Of a stretch of 26,955 nucleotides of DNA, positions 24,105 through 26,955 are shown piece after piece. Source of the stretch: an uncultured Lentisphaeraceae bacterium (GTDB lineage: Bacteria; Verrucomicrobiota; Kiritimatiellia; RFP12; UBA1067). The translations under genes were made by a program, and so were the position numbers. Below the pieces are notes generated by a model that saw only the letters and a list, made by a program, of their open reading frames with translations, ran no database searches and was not told the DNA's origin. Numbering within the stretch: the first letter of the stretch is position 1; each line of letters opens with the position of its first letter. The DNA is taken from positions 1-26,955 of the forward strand of contig CAZTHR010000002.1 of NCBI GenBank assembly GCA_964613265.1. The letters are read 5' to 3'.

Positions 24105-25037
24105 ATGAAAAAGACGATGATGGTGTGCGTGTTCGCGGCGGCGTTGGGCGCGGTTGCGGGTGAATGGGCGAAGCCGGCGCCGATTCCGCGTGAAAAAGGG
24201 CTGTTCCGCAGTCAGATCCACCGGGGCGGCGGCGCGAACACGCGCCCGGACAACTCGATGGAAACGTTTCTCTGGTGCTGGGGCATGGGGTTTGCGCCCG
24301 AAGCCGATGCACGGATGACGAAGGATGGCGTGGCCATTGCCATGCACGACGACAACTTCAAGCGTATCGGTCGGGGCATCACGCCCGAATTTGCCGCGAC
24401 GCCCGTCCACAAGCTGACGTGGGAGCAGGTTCGCGACGTCGACACCGGTTCATACCTTGGCAAGGAATACGCCACGACGCGCATTGCGACGATGGAGACC
24501 GTCTTCTCCGCCATGCGGGGGCGTCCGGAGCGTTTGCTCTATGTGGACGAGAAGGGAGCGCCGCCGGCGGAAATCGCGCGGTTGGCCAACCAGTTCGGCG
24601 TTATCGAGCAGACCTATTACTGTTCGTGGGATTGGCGCAAGGTGGTGGCGTGGCGTAAAGTCGCCCCCAAGGGCCGGTCGATGGTTTGGCTGGGCAACTT
24701 CCCGCGTGACAACAGTCCGGAAAACGTGGCGAAGACCGAAGCGTTCGTGCAGAAGCGTTTGGACGAAATGGCCGCGACGGGATTCGACGGCATTGATCAG
24801 GTGCAGATCCACGTCCGCACGGATCTCTCGAAAGCCGATCCGTTCTGTCCTTCGACGCCGTTCCTCAAACGGACGATCGAGCTGCTCCATCGGCATGGCG
24901 TTTCGGCGCAGACCGTGACGTGGACGGAGGGACAGAACGCGGACGTCCACAAGCGTCTGTGGGATATTGGCTTCGACCACTTCACGTCGGACTATCCGAT
25001 CTTCTTCAACGAATTCGCGAAAACGATTCGCAAGTGA
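24105..25037 (+). CDS. secreted glycerophosphodiester phosphodiesterase-family protein
   Basis: Signal peptide MKKTMMVCVFAAALGAVA. QIHRGG, PDNSMETF, EADARMTKDGVAIAMHD, C-terminal FDHFTSDYP. SD AGGAGA at 24090-24095. Confidence 0.85.
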   Translation: MKKTMMVCVFAAALGAVAGEWAKPAPIPREKGLFRSQIHRGGGANTRPDNSMETFLWCWGMGFAPEADARMTKDGVAIAMHDDNFKRIGRGITPEFAATPVHKLTWEQVRDVDTGSYLGKEYATTRIATMETVFSAMRGRPERLLYVDEKGAPPAEIARLANQFGVIEQTYYCSWDWRKVVAWRKVAPKGRSMVWLGNFPRDNSPENVAKTEAFVQKRLDEMAATGFDGIDQVQIHVRTDLSKADPFCPSTPFLKRTIELLHRHGVSAQTVTWTEGQNADVHKRLWDIGFDHFTSDYPIFFNEFAKTIRK

Positions 25038-25054
25038 CGATCCCTGTATCCTCC

Positions 25055-25126
25055 CCGCCCAATCGTTAGGGCGGTCACTTGTCAGAGTAGAGGCGACTAA
25101 CATAGCCGCCTCTACTCTGACAAGTG
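25055..25126. repeat. tandem hairpins: a 6-bp stem (25055-25074) and a perfect 20-bp inverted repeat (25076-25126)
   Basis: CCGCCC/GGGCGG, then CACTTGTCAGAGTAGAGGCG (25076-25095) / CGCCTCTACTCTGACAAGTG (25107-25126) with an 11-nt spacer. Confidence 0.9.
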
Positions 25127-25198
25127 GTTGTATAAAATCAGCGGGTCACCCCGGTAAATACGCCTGCCGTTCGTACACTGTCCGTTAAGACCACATTT

Positions 25199-25207
25199 TG
25201 GTACAAT
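25199..25207 (+). promoter_or_regulatory. extended -10 element TGgTACAAT upstream of the helicase gene
   Basis: TG at 25199-25200, TACAAT at 25202-25207, about 30 nt before ATG 25240. Confidence 0.5.
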
Positions 25208-25239
25208 TACCTTTTCGCAAAGAAGTCGGCAGGCAAGAG

Positions 25240-26328
25240 ATGGCAACAAAGTTCTTCAACAACGAAAACGGCGATACACTTTTCGCTAAATTTACTGGTA
25301 TCGCCGAGGGGATGGGGGCTAATTTCCACACCTTCCAGGCAGTCTCCGGTTATTTTCGCTCGTCAGGGTACTTTAAGTTGAGGCGAGAACTGAAATCTAC
25401 GCAAAAGATTCAAGTTCTCGTTGGAATCAACATCGACAACGTCTTTCGCAAGTCACAGCGCGAGGGGATGATGTTCCTTGGTGATAAGGCGGATGCCAAA
25501 CGGCAATACACGCGGACGTTTGTCGATGACGTCCGTGCCGCAGGCTACACCAAGGAGATCGAAGATGGCATTGTCCAGCTCTGCGATGATGTTGTATCTG
25601 GAAAACTTGAACTGCGTGTACATTCGAGTCGGAATCTCCATGCGAAGTTCTATCTCTGCCTTCCGGAGAAGCATGGCCCCAACACGGACGGTTGGGTGAT
25701 CATGGGATCGTCCAACCTCACCGATTCCGGTCTTGGCACATCTTCGTCTCCTCGTTACGAACTGAACGTCGCGATGAAGGACTACGATGATGTCGCCTAT
25801 TGCAAGGCAGAATTCGACCGCCTTTGGTGCGAGGGGGTTCCCGTATCGGCGGATGATATTGCCATGGCGCGGAAACAGACCCACCTTGGTCAGCAACCAA
25901 CGCCGTTCGAGATATTCATGCGGGTCCTTATTGATATCTACGGCAGTCAGGTTGAGGATGAGTTTTCAATGGATTTGCCGTCTGGCGTGACAGATCTCAA
26001 GTACCAGCGCGATGCCGTTGTGCAGGGATATCAGATGCTGTGTCGCTACGACGGTTTCTTCTTGTCTGATGTCGTAGGACTTGGTAAAACAGTGGTTGCG
26101 ACGATGATTGCGCGTCGCTTTTCGGAAGCCAACGGAAAGACGACACGCATTCTTGTTGTTCATCCTCCGGCCGTGGAACAGAACTGGAAGGAGACGTTCA
26201 AAACATTTGGCCGAATAAGATGCGCCGTCCGCGTCCGTTCATCCTCGTCGGCACACCATGAAAGGATTTCATTCCGCTTCGCCTCGTCGACGATGAAGGC
26301 CTCGTTGCAACCCGTCTTGATTCCGTAG
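25240..26328 (+). pseudogene. truncated PLD-domain (HKD-like nuclease) + SNF2/SF2 helicase, RM-associated type
   Basis: PLD motif LHAKFYL...VIMGSSNLT, helicase motif I SDVVGLGKT and motif Ia ILVVHPPAVEQNW. Homology stops near 26210, before motif II. The last ~39 codons are the antisense of the RM fragment. Confidence 0.85.
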
Positions 26329-26462
26329 TTGATTTGGATGTTCCAATCCTTCAACGGTGTCCCGACGGCCTCGATCTTGCGCTTGATGCTCTGCTCGATG
26401 GGCGAAAGGATGACCCAGGCGTCGGATGAGGTGAATGCGCAGGGCGTGGCCTCCTGCTTCAC
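26160..26462 (-). pseudogene. fragment of a type IIG (Eco57I/TaqI-C-like) restriction-modification protein, C-terminal specificity region
   Basis: AWVILSPIEQSIKRKIEAVGTPLKDWNIQINYGIKTGCNEAFIVD...ERTRTAHLIRP matches, from recall, the segment preceding the TaqI-C-like domain. Homology spans about 26208-26471 and then runs into antisense helicase sequence. Confidence 0.75.
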
Positions 26463-26955
26463 GAAAACGCCCGATTGTCGAGTTCAGGAAGGAACGTTTT
26501 GATGAATCTGGCAAGCGTGTTGCGGTGAACTTTGCAGATCCTCGCAATTTTGTTGCGTGACTGTCCCAGATGCGACAGTTCGAGGATGAGATTCTTTCGC
26601 GTGTGAAGCTTATGCTTTTCGGGTGCTGTCTTGCGTCCTTTGGGGCGTCCGAGGACGACGCCCTCCGCGCGTTTTCGCGCCAGAGCCTCTTTCGTTCTCT
26701 GGCTGATGAGGTTGCGTTCAATCTCCGCAGACAGGCCGAATGCAAATGCCAGAACTTTGGACTGGATGTCTTCACCGAGACGATAGTTGTCCTTGATTGT
26801 CCAGACGCGACATTCCTTGTTCATGCAGATGTTCAGAATCTCCATGATCATGAAGAGATTGCGCCCGAGTCGTGAAAGTTCGGCGCAGACAATCAGATCG
26901 CCTTTTTGGACGCGCTTGAGCAGTTTGCCAAGTTCGCGTTTCGTAAAGGCCTTCG
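26459..26955 (-). CDS. serine recombinase (resolvase/invertase), Mpi-like family with C-terminal HTH; 5' end outside the window
   Basis: The frame continues to the window edge: KRELGKLLKRVQKGDLIVCAELSRLGRNLFMIMEIL...VLAFAFGLSAEIERNLISQRTKEALARKRAEGVVLGRPKG, then HTH-like SRNKIARICKVHRNTLARFI. Confidence 0.9.
   Translation of the reverse strand, partial: KAFTKRELGKLLKRVQKGDLIVCAELSRLGRNLFMIMEILNICMNKECRVWTIKDNYRLGEDIQSKVLAFAFGLSAEIERNLISQRTKEALARKRAEGVVLGRPKGRKTAPEKHKLHTRKNLILELSHLGQSRNKIARICKVHRNTLARFIKTFLPELDNRAFS

Larger units (their letters stand above)
25040..26955. mobile_element. edge of a lower-GC accessory/defence island (helicase, type IIG RM fragment, serine invertase), extending beyond the window
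   Basis: Visible drop in GC and change in codon style after the GDPD stop, defence-type gene content, truncated genes, and a long palindrome at the boundary. No att direct repeat identified. Confidence 0.6.

Noticed and set aside
24097-24108. Mini-ORF MNK* overlapping the GDPD start
   Set aside because: Its ATG is only 1-2 nt from the SD, too close for initiation. ATG 24105 has normal spacing.
25057-25105. Integron attC site (GTTAGGG and ACTAAC-like words near the hairpins)
   Set aside because: The core sites do not match RYYYAAC/GTTRRRY at the ends of one hairpin, there are no extrahelical-base bulges, and no integrase or cassette array is present.
25240-26955. Assignment to DISARM or BREX
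   Set aside because: The PLD-helicase and methyltransferase-type fragments are shared with those systems, but no drmA/drmB or brx/pgl genes are visible and the locus is truncated.
1-26955. CRISPR arrays, rRNA genes, IS transposases
   Set aside because: No regularly spaced direct repeats, rRNA-like sequence or transposase motifs were found by eye.

Overview
High-GC diderm bacterial DNA. The gene style suggests the PVC superphylum, possibly Kiritimatiellia/Lentisphaerae; this is an inference and was not checked against a database. The window has three parts. (1) 1-7700: two tandem large secreted beta-rich proteins. The first has autotransporter-passenger repeats plus PA14 and L-type lectin domains; the second has three LamG/ConA-like repeats. 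Both lack a translocator barrel, both end in the same GTLLI[FL]R-stop heptapeptide, and each is preceded by a sigma70-like promoter with a poly-A tract in the spacer. (2) 7700-25040: mostly housekeeping genes: tRNA-His(GUG) with an unusual A54/U58 T-loop, ilvA, a degenerate NYN + zinc-ribbon protein, a membrane hypothetical protein, clade-X pfkA and an RlmI/K-like methyltransferase. These are followed by a tightly coupled run of exosortase-EpsI fusion, WecA/MraY-type transferase fusion, GH13+GH133 debranching enzyme, lnt, CE7 esterase and GDPD. (3) 25040-end: a lower-GC, decayed defence-island edge. It has a perfect 20-bp inverted repeat, a truncated PLD-SNF2 helicase joined head-to-head to a type IIG restriction-modification C-terminal fragment, and an Mpi-like serine invertase, which together look like the remnant of an RM specificity shufflon. 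The best candidates for undescribed biology are the C-terminal GTLLIxR sorting signal (possibly served by the nearby exosortase operon), the poly-A spacer promoters, and the invertase/RM cassette.
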